A stretch of DNA of 63,451 nt, filler included, from Salisapilia sapeloensis CBS 127946 (Eukaryota > Protista > Oomycota): the NCBI GenBank assembly GCA_023334545.1. It is 16 parts of 16 records of this genome, joined end to end, with 100 filler letters (N's around TTAATTAATTAA, not from the genome) between each part and the next. Parts side by side here need not be neighbours in the genome. Positions count along the whole stretch, not along the records: positions 48,317 to 53,395 come from JAADVB010000642.1; positions 53,496 to 56,459 come from JAADVB010000804.1; positions 56,560 to 58,138 come from JAADVB010001101.1; positions 58,239 to 59,239 come from JAADVB010001364.1; positions 59,340 to 60,431 come from JAADVB010001312.1; 11 more parts are not named here. One strand, given 5' to 3'. This document shows positions 48,369-60,531 of this stretch, in pieces; the first letter of the stretch is position 1, and every line of letters starts with the position of its first letter. Made by a program: the position numbers and the translations under genes. The notes below the pieces were generated by a model. That model had not been told where the DNA came from and ran no database searches. It saw nothing but the letters and a program-made list of their open reading frames with translations.

Positions 48369-49831
48369 GAACTGAAAAAGCACCGGCATGAACGCCAGCA
48401 GCAGAAGAAGGCCAAACTGGAGACGCTAGACACAGAGACACTCCAAGAACAATTGGCCAAGTTAGAACGTCAAGTACAGCTCAACCCGGCAGATGGACCT
48501 ACTCGCAAGCGAAAGGAAGAGGTTTGTTTCACATCAAAACTTTTAAGAAGAGTATGACTCTGATTGTTGTGGGGCTCTTGACACTATAGCTGGAGCATAC
48601 GCTCAAGGCAATGGCAAAGAAGAAGCAAGAGGTAGATTTATTTTCAAATCATAATCGTATGACCAGGTATTCATAGAGATTCTTCTTCACGTAGGAAAAG
48701 GAAGAGCAGCAGCAGCAAAGCTTAGAGGCAGCTCCAAAGGTACAAGAACAACACATCAATCCTTCATGCTTTCATCGTTGACTACTAACGTTGTGGTATA
48801 TCAATCATAGTCACTTAAAGAGATCAATGCATCGAATCGAGAAAAGTTCCAGAACCCAGAGGTACCACACAGACACTAACAACTTCATGTCATTCTCCTC
48901 ACATCTCTTATCATGACAGGACTCGATCTACTACCATCCAACTCTAAATCCTTTCGGCGCACCACCTCCAGGTCGTCCTCAGATGTTTCGTGGAGCTCCA
49001 CCACAAGCACCGCCTGCTCCTCCACAAGCACCGCCTGCTCCTCCACAAGCACCGCCTGCTCCTCCACGCGGAGGTCTAGAGCTACCTGCTCGAGGTCCTT
49101 CTATTCCACCTCCACCTCGCCATCCTCCTCCACCACCATCACATCCTCCACCAAGTATGGCTGAACAGGATATCCCGATGCAGCCACCTAAAAGACCAGG
49201 TAAACGCCCCCCACTTCCTCCGACACCTCCTCCTCCAGATACGATCAAGGTTCCATTCCAGCCACCACTTCCTTCCGGTCCCGTGCCTTCTCGTCCTCCG
49301 CCTCCACCCAGTCAAATCGCTGATGAGTATGGTGCATCCAAGGTCGCTGTACCTTCCGCCCCACCTATGACCACAGCATTGCCTCTTCCATCGGGAGAAG
49401 AGCAGGAGGAACCAGTAGTTGCACCATACCCAACCAAATCAGAGGAAACGCAGGATGTAGGATACGCCCAACCAACATCTATGGCTTCGATGGATGGAGA
49501 GGACGAGATGGAGAGAGAAGAGAAGCAGGAGCAGCTGCGGTCTCTTGTTCCCACTTCACTCCGAGTGCAGCGAAAGAACGCGGCGGGAGGATCTAGTTCT
49601 ACTAGGCACAGAACTTCAGTGCCATTAGCTCCAAGAGCTATCCAGCCGAAGAAGGCTGCAAGCATGGCACCTGGTCCTTCAGCCATGACTGCAAGTGCTC
49701 CTGGTCCTCAACTTCCTTCCGCTGCTGTACCTAGCAAATCTGGATCTGAGGCAGACAAGAAAGAGGACGGCTCCACTTCGAAAGAGTATGAGGCGTTCAT
49801 GGAAGAAATGAAGAAGCTTGGTGCAATGTAG
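48369..49831 (+). CDS. WBP11: WW-domain-binding protein 11-like splicing factor, 5'-truncated, multi-exon
   Basis: ELKKHRHERQQQKK N-terminal region, proline-rich middle with three 21-bp repeats (49001-49063), LVPTSLRVQR, and C-terminal YEAFMEEMKKLGAM. Confidence 0.75.
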
Positions 49832-50382
49832 CATGGTCAAGGTTTTGACCTTTAGATGGGTAAGACATATGAATGAGATGACTTTTGACATTGAACATAC
49901 GGAGGGATATAGCTTATTGCGTTGCGACAGTAAAATTAAAAAGTCGATCACTAGCTCCCAAGAACTAAAAGAGTGGAGGTTCAAATTGCGGTAAATAGTG
50001 AAAGGAAATGCCAGGTTACTCTATAAGATGGTTACCATGCTCGGAGAGGTAGATAAAGTAAAAAAGTATTTGCCGGAACAAATGAGCTCGTCTGAACCGA
50101 TAACCTCGTCCACCTAACCGTATATAGCTACTCATTCGGCTTTGAGTGCTCGCGAGCATAATGGCCAGAAGCTGAGGTCTAACATGCATTTAAAACTGTA
50201 GACAATACGAGGCAACTGCATGCGATGGCAATGGCACTGCTGGATTACGCATAAGCCAAAAGCACAAACTCCATCTCCCGTGACTAATTACAAAATAGAA
50301 ACACCCGACTGCACGCAAATCTTTCAATTCATTGTTGCGACTCGATCGCCAATCTCAATCGTATGCATTTAGAGAAAGAAAC

Positions 50383-52096
50383 TTAGGTTTTGCTCACAGT
50401 GCAATTGAGATCTCCAGAAAGCAATAGCGTCATGGCCATTTCATACATGGCATCCTTCGGCTCATCCACCATCTTGACGTCAAAGTTGCCGAGGATTGTA
50501 GCCAACGTGATTTTCATCTCCATGTACGCAAAGCGCTCTCCAAGGCAGCGATGATTTCCAGCAGCTATATGTACACAATGAGAACAAGATATACGATGCT
50601 TGCTTTTTACAGAATAGGATACATACCAAAGACTGGGAACTTGGCAGGAGAAACGACCGTAAGCTCTCCGCTAGTGGTCAACCAACGCTCCGGCTTAAAC
50701 TCCTCCACATCGTCACCCCACACACACTTGAGGTGACCTGCAGCGTACAGACCGATTCCTAACACTACATTCGCTGGAATGAAGGTACCATCGCTCAAGG
50801 TCGTGTCGATAGAAGCGGAACGTGAGTCGTTCGGAGCAGCAGCGTGCAGACGCAGGTTCTCTCGGATGCAAGCCTCCAGATACGTGAGTTTCGATAGCTC
50901 TTCCATCTCCAAGATCTCTCCCTTGTTAAAGATGTGCGGCACTTTTTCATGCAATTCGGCTCGAATTTTGTAGACGATGTGAGGATTCTTGTTCATCTCA
51001 ATGATGAACCACGACATGCTCACAGCTGTCGTGTCTTTGCCAGCAAAGATAAAGTTGATGACCAAGTCTCGAATGGCTTCGTGATCCGCTTGGAGCGCTT
51101 GCCCCTTCTGAAGACCTTTGGTCTCCTTATCAAGGAACATGGAAATGAGATCTTTCGGTGGTGGGACTCTATCGCCACCTCCAAGCAGTGCTTCATTGCG
51201 TTGACGAACTGACCGGTCAATGACGTTGTAACAAAAGTCATCTACTATCTTTTTGTGCTTTGCAAGCTCGCCCTCGGCACCGAGTCCAAAGTAGCGTTTG
51301 GTCTTCCACAGCCATTGTGGTTGAGACATATGACCTCGAATTAAGGTTGATAGCTGCGAGAAAGCATCAATAAAGTCGTTGGAATCATTCCCTTCTAGCC
51401 CATTTTCAATACACTTCAGATCGACACCAAACGCAATCTTGATAAAGACGTCCGCAGAGTAGTGCGCCAATAGCGCTCGGATACTACAGACCTCCTTTCG
51501 ATCAGCATAGGTGTTAAGCGCGTCAAGTAGCACCGCCGATTTCTCACGGATCACTTCATGCATGACGTCTTTCATCATCTGAAGCGAAAAAAGATGGCTA
51601 GCTGTCTTCCGCTGTACATACCACTCATCCCCGTCGACATTGAAAATGCCTACAGACAGTCATTAGCAACTATCGTCCTAATAATGCATGATAGAAATGA
51701 GGTACCATTTCCCCAGAAGTCTCGATGGTTGGATCGAGTGAGTGGCCCTCGCTCGAAGATACCGTCCTGTTTGTTAAACACATCGTCCATGTGCTCCGGA
51801 GACGTGATGATTAGCAATGGTGGACGACCGATAATGTCCACGAGAAAAGGTTTGCCATTAAGACGCTGGGCGTTTTCCAGCATGTAGTCGTATAGTCGAT
51901 GGCGATTCTTCGCTGCGGTCATCGTGTGGCCCCATAACGCACTATACCCTTCTGCTTTCGGGACGGGCTTACCATCCGAACCCAGTGGCTCTTTCTTCGA
52001 TCGCAAGAGGTAGTAACTTGAGAGAAGAACGACCAAAGTCGGTACACTCGCGATGACGAGGTTAGATTTCGGTTGTCCGCTCACGACGTTCCCCAT
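50383..52096 (-). CDS. Cytochrome P450 (CYP86-clan-like, oomycete type; 3 exons)
   Basis: GIFNVDGDEW..QRK, IFAGKDTT I-helix, ENLRL ExxR, FKPERW, heme motif FAAGNHRCLG across intron 2. Confidence 0.92.
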
Positions 52097-53495
52097 CGTA
52101 CTCCGAGTAGAAATTGGCTTATGCTGACGTGCTTTGGATCCTATACCGAGTGTACCTACGTACTGTCAAGCGAAGCAGTAGTCTTGTCGTGGCGCAGACG
52201 AGACGGTCTCGTTTTGTATCTTTCGCTCAAAGTTTCCAAAGAGTACTCCCATGCTTGTCACGAGAAACCCCTTTGAACAAGATTAAATCTACTTTCAACC
52301 AGCACACCTTCCTCGTCTATTATCCTCCTTATAACTAAAAGTATCTGTATGTAAAACGGAACGGTTTATTGACATACGGAACCGATCGAAGATTGCTTAC
52401 CGAGTAGAAACGTTGTGACGAAGGCAGGTACTGATAGATTAACAGGATGTCAGGAGACTTTGGCGCTGTAAAAGTGTCATTTGCGCCGATGGAGCTTCCA
52501 TCCAATCCTTGAGTAAATCGACCTGGAATAGCTCTAATAGCTGCAGTGTTCGTATTTCCATTATCGTCCTAAGATGAGGCTGATCTAGTGGACTCGGGCC
52601 TGTCTGATTTTGATGGTACAGCAGAGCATTCTGCAACTGACGTGCTCGATCGCTCGATCGCCCATATCATTCGTTCCATTCTTCGCGAACGCATGCGAAA
52701 CGCGGTTCGCCCTTTAGACTTACAAAGCCAATGTGAAGAACGTTAAATGGAAATGAAATACGGGTTAATCTCTTGATGTGCTTCACGACGAAATAGATAG
52801 CTGCAAGTACGTTACACTTAAAGCTCAAGACACCTGTACTCATGACAGTCGGTCACCTCGATGTACAAAAGAGTAGCGAAGGTTAGATTTAGAACGGATG
52901 ATTGCAGGTCAAACAAAGGTAGTCGTGTTTTCAATAATAAAAGTACTCGGCTCCCTTCGACCTGCAAAGGTCGGGGATCCTCTCGTGAAGCAAGACGGCA
53001 GTCGTCGTCCACATGAATATCACTAAGGCGCATGCCATGTAGGTAGATGATGTCACAAGCTGCTCGACGGAGACCGTACAGACGACAAAGATTTGAAGTG
53101 CATTTCGGAACTAGTCCGATATAGCAAGGCCCAAGTATCGAATTGCTGTGTGTTGTCTTGGTCCCGCACCAAGATTGCAGGAGACGTTCCGAGACCACCA
53201 TCTGTGTATGTGGAGCGTGAACAGACAGCACTATTTGAGTTCCAGTATCATTTAAAGTTGCTGTTGGCTGCCTTGAACGCTCCACGGCGAAGGCCCATCC
53301 AGTCTTTTTGCTTCCCATTCCGACAAACAACTAGAGGTAGACGGCGTTGCCGGTATGTTAAATCTTCCAGTTGATTGCTGCGAGTTGTTTTTGGANNNNN
53401 NNNNNNNNNNNNNNNNNNNNNNNNNNNNNNNNNNNNNNNTTAATTAATTAANNNNNNNNNNNNNNNNNNNNNNNNNNNNNNNNNNNNNNNNNNNN

Positions 53496-53636
53496 TGTCC
53501 GCACTAATGATGAAGAGGACTTTGGGCGGGAAACTGGGATGTACGACTAGCAGGCACCTCGCAACGGAAGACGACGGTGTGCCATTAGCAAGGCGGATAG
53601 GAACGAGATCTTCGACGGATGTAGGTCTGAATGGAC
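53496..53636 (+). repeat. 141-bp terminal inverted repeat of contig 53496-56459 (partner 56319-56459)
   Basis: TGTCCGCACTAATG...GGTCTGAATGGAC is the exact reverse complement of 56319-56459. Confidence 0.95.
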
Positions 53637-53843
53637 AAAGTAGGATCGAAGAAATGATTGCACTAGAAATAGAAAGTAGAGTCTCCTAGATGAAGTCGAC
53701 ACGTCGAGAGTCATTCCGTGACTAGATGCTAGAAGCATAATGAACAAGATGATTGGAATTTTACTACATTACAAGTAGCTTTTCGTTTATGATGTTTGAA
53801 TTGTGTATTTAAACGATGGAGTCATCTTCAAAGATGGAGTGAG

Positions 53844-54390
53844 CTTCCTATCCGCGTGTATCGTCCGTTCCTCTGTCGTGTTTTGGCGGACATAGTGTCA
53901 AGTGCATCGTGGTGTATCGCCGAAAGCCCTCCGGGTTGAAGTGTCATTCGATTTACTTGCAACACTGAGCTCTTCGCTGCTTTACTGGGACGGATACAGT
54001 GCGCGTTGAAAATGTCGCTCAATTATTCCATCCACCACTGTACGGTGTTTGCTCCGAAATAATAGCGAAGAGCTCAATAGTGCAAGTAAAGCGAAGAGCT
54101 CACCAAGTCTTTCGCGCCTTTTGAATGTGCACATTTCGAGCACTAGGCATGACTTGAAGTCTTCTCGAAGATGATTCCTTCCTGGTTGCATTAGAGATGA
54201 ACGATGTCTTGCTTTTGTACTAGCTTGACGGGAAAGTTGTATTGAAGTGTTACATCAGGTTTCCAATGGCAAATAGTAAAACACAATCGGCTATTCTCAA
54301 CGAACGTGGAATTGCCTTATTCGATTATCATGAATAAAGTACAAAATGCGAGCCCCCAATTCTGTCGAATCGGTATTCAGCACGAACACG
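53844..54390 (+). repeat. Unclassified dispersed repeat, copy 2
   Basis: Colinear with 40331-40887 and its continuation at 28174 onward. Confidence 0.82.
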
Positions 54391-55441
54391 GCCTTCATAC
54401 TTGGAGACGAATAGAGACATCTTTTGTCAGAGTAGCTGCGAGATATGAACCATATTAGTCTTGAGAGATCCAGGTGAATGCTACCAACCCCCGATTAGCA
54501 TTCGTAAAGATGCAAGAGCCTTGTCGTAGTTTCCACCGATGTATGATAGCAAAATAATGAGTGCAGAGTAAGAGGAGATGAACGGAACAAGTACAGTTAT
54601 AAAGGGTGAGCCCAATCGAATTGCTTTGACCGTTCGAAGGACCCATAAGACATTCGGTCATTTATACTCGAGCAATAGAGATATAAATTGAGACTACTAA
54701 TGCTGTGTTTAAGCGCGATGTGTTTCGTACAGTCAGTAGCCGCTTCATGGAGCAGATCATGGTCGGACACTACGTGCTGAGTGAAAGCTTCAGTGTGCTA
54801 CGATGTAGTGTAAGGGGTCCTGTGAAGCTTATGGAAAGTCTGGCTGGATAGGAATTAGATCTTGTGATCATGCACTGTCCAACGGATGAGTTTTGGCATT
54901 AAAAATATTCTCTTTCGGGTATCCACACCTCGGTTTATAGCCACACGCACAAGTATTCTCATGCTCTTGGAAACCTAAAGATCTTCTCTTATGCTGGTCG
55001 GCGAATGCATCCAAAAGACAATCTATCGTGGATAGACACTAGTAAATGCAACTGATTAGAAGACTGCAAAGACACCGAGTACTTACATTGGAAACTCATC
55101 TCTCAAAGCTAGATCGAAACAACAGTTTTTTCCATTTCATTTCCACTTTCGATTCTATCCAAAACTATCCATATCCAGTCTCGACGTCGCATTTGCACTC
55201 TTCCGGATCCCCAAATTTGTACCTCGAGAGCGCTTCGATGATGTTTCTACAGCCATGACGTCTGTCTGAGAAATGCCGCTAAAATTTATCTGCTAGAAAT
55301 GACTGGACGCTTCTCCCCTTCCAATCCGTTTCCAACGTCCGTCGGATCTTCCACACATGCATACTTCAAGCCATCTTCACCATTACGCCACTCGTCTCCT
55401 CATAAACCCACTTGTGGATCTCCAGTAGCTCTTTGAATAAG

Positions 55442-56164
55442 ATGAGCAATCAGACCAAGTCCAAAGCATCTAAAGTGGATCGTTTAAAGGGCAAGACGAA
55501 ACGATTGAAAGAGAAAATCAAAGGCCATCACCCATCCGAACAAGAGTCAACGCCATCAAGTACGACGGAGCAAGTCAAGGCGACTGCTGAAGATGCTGCA
55601 AACACGGTATTGCCATCGAATATGCAAATCACAGAAAAGGAAGAGTCCGGTACGATGGGACACCTGAAAGCCAAGGCCGAAGGTGTCAAGAACAAACTGA
55701 AGCCGAATGTCACTACTTCAAGTGATCCGACGAAACCGACTACGAAAGAGAAGGCCAAGGTCAAGGCGGAAGATGCCAAAGAGAGGTTCGTACCTGATAA
55801 CATGTCAGTGGACAACCCGGCTCCTCCGACGTGGACGGAGCGAGCCAAGGTCCGTACAGATGAAACAAAACGCAAAATCTATTACGAGACGCCCAATCCA
55901 GTCGAACCGACGTGGACGGAGCGTCTGAAAGTCAAGACAGAGGACGCGAAGAATTTCTTCGCTCCGAGTACAGAGAATCCATATGAGCCGAGTAAGAAAG
56001 AGAAGAAGAAAGTGAGAGGACAGGATAAACTAGCCAAAGCACTGACGGGGGAGATACCAGAGGTGAAAGTCGTAGACAAGGTAGAAGAGAAGACACAGGA
56101 GTGGACGAACTGGGCACTCGGGTACGAACAGACTGACGGCCAGAGTTCGAGTGGAGAGGAATAG
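55442..56164 (+). CDS. Hydrophilic K/E/T-rich repeat protein (LEA/hydrophilin-like)
   Basis: 240-aa ORF with no Cys and little hydrophobic core; recurring motif TWTERxKVxT(D/E)xxK / TTKEKAKVKAEDAK. Confidence 0.65.
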   Translation: MSNQTKSKASKVDRLKGKTKRLKEKIKGHHPSEQESTPSSTTEQVKATAEDAANTVLPSNMQITEKEESGTMGHLKAKAEGVKNKLKPNVTTSSDPTKPTTKEKAKVKAEDAKERFVPDNMSVDNPAPPTWTERAKVRTDETKRKIYYETPNPVEPTWTERLKVKTEDAKNFFAPSTENPYEPSKKEKKKVRGQDKLAKALTGEIPEVKVVDKVEEKTQEWTNWALGYEQTDGQSSSGEE

Positions 56165-56559
56165 AGTATCGATGGAAGTTGAGAAGACGATATCTTATCA
56201 TTTTGCCATAATAAAGCATACCAGTATACCCACTACTCCATCCTGTCGTTCATAAGCACAGCCGAGTATTCAGTAGGCATTTAGCTTAGTACAATTCCAC
56301 TTGCTTCGTGTATGCTTCGTCCATTCAGACCTACATCCGTCGAAGATCTCGTTCCTATCCGCCTTGCTAATGGCACACCGTCGTCTTCCGTTGCGAGGTG
56401 CCTGCTAGTCGTACATCCCAGTTTCCCGCCCAAAGTCCTCTTCATCATTAGTGCGGACANNNNNNNNNNNNNNNNNNNNNNNNNNNNNNNNNNNNNNNNN
56501 NNNTTAATTAATTAANNNNNNNNNNNNNNNNNNNNNNNNNNNNNNNNNNNNNNNNNNNN

Positions 56560-58137
56560 ATCCACCTGCTCACAGTACCCCGTCGACCGCTGGATAGACA
56601 GTCGATCCGCTTCATGTCCATTGAGCAGGATCTTTCCTTGGATAGTGCCCTGCGTCTTTCGACAGGCAATGACGTCCATCAGCGTCGTCTTCCCTGCACC
56701 GGTGGATCCCATCAACGCCGTCATGGAGTAAGGAGCTGCGTATCCAGTAATGCCTTTAAGCAGATCAATCGTAGTACTTCCTTTCTCCTGTTGTTGCTTC
56801 TTGGGGAGAGGCACCGTGTACCATAGATCGTCAAAGGCAACCGTGACAGCACTAAACATCTTTTGATGCTTGCTTGTGACATCCACAACGGTATCATCTT
56901 CCTCTTTGAGTGTCTTATGCGGTGTCTCTAGTCTCCTGTAATCCTGTGTAAGGCCACCATTTCCACCTTCATCAAGCACTTCGACACCTTGGAGCGATAC
57001 ATGCTCTGGTTGTTCATAGCGATAGTATTCGAGCAAGATCCAGCTCAAGAAACAGAACAAGAGGTAGACACCAGCCATGAAGACAATGCCCCACCATATC
57101 CACATTTCATCATCCGGTACGTCGTACAAGGAGAGGAAGTGTTCGCCCATCTTCTTGCCGTACTTTTCGAAGTAGTTTGTTGAATCGACTACGTACTGAT
57201 CATACTCCTCCGTTCGGTACTGACTCACGAGAATACTGCGTGTCGTCCAAGCAAGCGGATCGATCCAGTAGATCCAGATGAAGTAGTCTGGAATGTCCGC
57301 TCTAGCGATGATGAAACCGCCGTACAAGATGAGGAAGAGGAGCATCAGCATCGAGAGAGGCTTTGCAACGTTGTAGTTCGGAGTGGCAGCAGCGAGGAAG
57401 AAGCACAGCGATAGGAAGACGAGGACGGTGAGGAGCATGTTCAGCTCGAACAACAGAAACGCTTTCGTCGTCGACACTAAACCTGCCATCCAGTAAAGCA
57501 TGGAACCAAAGACTCCTGTCTCGATAATGGCTGTAGGTAGTAGACTGAGACTGGAGGCTAGTACGTACGAAGAGGTTCGATAGAAATTGGCAGCACGCTG
57601 CTTGTAGAAAATAGCGCGGTTGTCGAAGAACATGGGAATAATCGTCACTTGGCCGAGTCCCATGAAAACGATGTTGGCAAAGACGACACCGATCGACACT
57701 TGCATGTCCGTCATGTCAACTTGCCAGAACAAACTGGCATAGATGAGTCCGACGATGATGACCATGAACGCTCGTCCAGCTAGAAACTCCTTGTTGCGAA
57801 GGATCAGCTTCATTTGGCACGCAGTCAATGCCCATGTACCAGCAAGGAAGGACTGCTGGAATTCTGGTAGTGGCTCAATGTGATCCTTGGCAGTTCGTTC
57901 GAGCTCCTTTGAGATCGGAGTATCGAAGACTTCTACCTGACGCTGATGGGCGTCGGAGCGAAGGTAAAGGGACGCGAACTCGTTGGCACTGCGAGGCTGT
58001 TGATTCGTACCGGCAGGGAACCTTCCTGTCTCGTACTGATACTGCTGCTTCGTGCCAAGGTCACAGAGGAAGTCGGCTAGATCACGGTGCGGCGGACGCT
58101 CGAAGCCAAGAGAGTTGAAGTGCTCTTCTGCCTTGCT
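56560..58137 (-). CDS. Full-size ABCG (PDR-type) transporter, internal fragment (TMD1 to start of NBD2)
   Basis: Open across the whole contig; RDLADFL, FYKQRAANFY, WIYWIDPLAW, FDDLWYTVP, Walker A MGSTGAGKTTLMDVIA, GYCEQ. Confidence 0.95.
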
Positions 58138-58613
58138 GNNNNNNNNNNNNNNNNNNNNNNNNNNNNNNNNNNNNNNNNNNNNTTAATTAATTAANNNNNN
58201 NNNNNNNNNNNNNNNNNNNNNNNNNNNNNNNNNNNNNNAACCCTTCTACCCTCTCCTTGAAGATCATATATTTAGCTTCACCCTGTACCTATCCTTTCAT
58301 CATTATGCTCTATCTTTGTGATTCACACAACTTTTGTATTCTACTTGGCCTCATGAACGAAGAAGCTTAGGAACCTCTTCCGACTAAACATGCATTCTAC
58401 ATCTACAACCCAGCTATCTCACCAAGCCGATACTAAACCTACATCCTAAACATATTCACTCAAGTGCGATCAACCCAGCATGCGTTCAATTGTAGCTTCG
58501 CCGTAGAAAAGATACGATCCGGAGGGAGAACTCTGCTTCAACGACACTCCCATGTTTCCCATTTTCCAAAAACTCATCTACCTAGACAAACCAAAGAGAA
58601 CATCCTACATGTT

Positions 58614-59239
58614 ATGGATGTGAAAGCTTCTGATACGGATGGACGGACTCCCCTCATTCTAGCCGCTTTTAACGGTCAGTTGGATGTAATTCGTCTCCTA
58701 CTGGATGCGGGTGTGGATGCGAATGCTTCTAATACGGATGGATGGACTCCCCTCTTTGTAGCAGCTCAGGAAGGTCACTTGGATGTGGTTCGTTTCCTAG
58801 TCGATAACGGTGCCGATGTGAATGCTTCTGGAATTAATGGACGGACTCCCCTCTTTGTAGCAGCTCAGAACGGTCACTTGGATGTGGTTCGTTTCCTACT
58901 GGATGCGGATGTGAATGTGAATGTGAATGCTTCTGATACGAATGGATGGACTCCCCTCCTTCTAGCAGCTTTTAATGATTACTTGGATGTGGTTCGCTTC
59001 CTAGTAGAAGCTAGTGCGGATGTGAATGCTTCTGATACGGATGGATGGACTCCCCTCATTCTAGCACCTTTGAACGGTCGCTTGGATGTGGTTCGTTTCC
59101 TAGTGGAAAAGGGTGCGGATGTGAATGCTTCTACAAATAATGGAGGGACTCCCCTCATTGTAGCAACTCAGGAAGGTCAGTTGGATGTAGTTCGTTTCCT
59201 AGTAGAAGCTGGTGCGAATGCAAATGCTTCTGATGCGGA
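58614..59239 (+). CDS. Ankyrin-repeat protein fragment (about 6 near-identical 33-aa repeats), 3'-truncated
   Basis: Repeated GxTPLxxAxxxGxLDVVRFLVxxGADVNAS; DNA units of about 99 bp with high identity. Confidence 0.85.
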
Positions 59240-59339
59240 NNNNNNNNNNNNNNNNNNNNNNNNNNNNNNNNNNNNNNNNNNNNTTAATTAATTAANNNNN
59301 NNNNNNNNNNNNNNNNNNNNNNNNNNNNNNNNNNNNNNN

Positions 59340-60431
59340 AGAGCAACGTCCCGCGCCGAAGCATCATATGAGGAATCGATGGGTCGCTCGACGGCCGTAT
59401 CGTCCTCACTGTGGGAGCTGAAGGCGCTTAGTGCGAGCGGCACGAACGACACGAACGACACGAACGACACGAACGACACGAACGACACGTCTTCGCTGGA
59501 GTCGGTCGGTCTGTGGTCGAAGCGTGCGGCGGATGCTTCGTGGCGGTTCTTGTCGACGGGTGCGAGTGGTATTCGGTCGTCGTGGTTGTCGGAAGCCGAC
59601 TTGCGACTGGTTCGGTCTTCGCGGACGAGCGGGCGCGTGTCGGTGAAATTGACGGTGGAGTTCCTGGCGGACGTGAACGATCCTTCGGTGGCGGTGTGGT
59701 CGACCTGGGTATCTGTCGTACAGGAGGTGGTGTTTGCGATGGACCCCCGGTCTCCGTCGCTGTCGAGTGCGCTGACGAGTCCGGTGCGTGTGAGTGCTGG
59801 CGCGGGCGAAGTGGTTTCCGTCTCGGTGGGCGACGCTTCATTGAGCGGGTCGTGGTGGTCAGACGCGTGGGCGCTGGACGTCTGGGTGTCTCGTCCGACC
59901 GGTACGCTGTCGAGCGTGGTGGAGAGCTATCGTTACTTGGAGGATGAACAGAGCGACAAGACGTCAGAGTCTATCGCGACGTCGAGTATCCGTGATGAAG
60001 TTGCGACGAATGTTGCTTCGATGGACGGGTTGGTGGAGTTGGTACCGACGGAGCACGTGAGCGCGGTCGGCGGCGAGCTTCGCGGACACGTCCACTATGT
60101 ATTCCGGTCGCTATTGGATCCCTCGCTCCAGGTGGATATATCACGCCCGTTGTCTGTGACTTGGGCTCGTGGCAAGCTGGTAATGGCGAGCTCGCTTGTG
60201 TCGCTGCCGACGGAAGTGGTGCTGTCGAGGCCGTTGGAGGAAGGCAAGACACACGAGTGGATGGACGTTCATGTGCGGGATATGATGTCGAGAGCAACGT
60301 CCCGCGCCGAAGCATCATATGAGGAATCGATGGGTCGCTCGACGGCCGTATCGTCCTCACTGTGGGAGCTGAAGGCGCTTAGTGCGAGCGGCACGAACGA
60401 CACGAACGACACGAACGACACGAACGACACG
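59340..60431 (+). CDS. Collapsed 951-bp tandem unit encoding a 317-aa repeat of a probable giant glycoprotein
   Basis: 59340-59480 equals 60291-60431 (141 bp); 951 is divisible by 3 and the frame has no stop; (ACGAACGAC)x5 encodes (TND)x5 at 59442-59489. Confidence 0.75.
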
Positions 60432-60531
60432 NNNNNNNNNNNNNNNNNNNNNNNNNNNNNNNNNNNNNNNNNNNNTTAATTAATTAANNNNNNNNNNNNN
60501 NNNNNNNNNNNNNNNNNNNNNNNNNNNNNNN

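Noticed and set aside
52818-53395. LINE reverse-transcriptase remnant (GGLG..ALL)
   Set aside because: Only a four-residue motif, with stops; no YADD or other RT block
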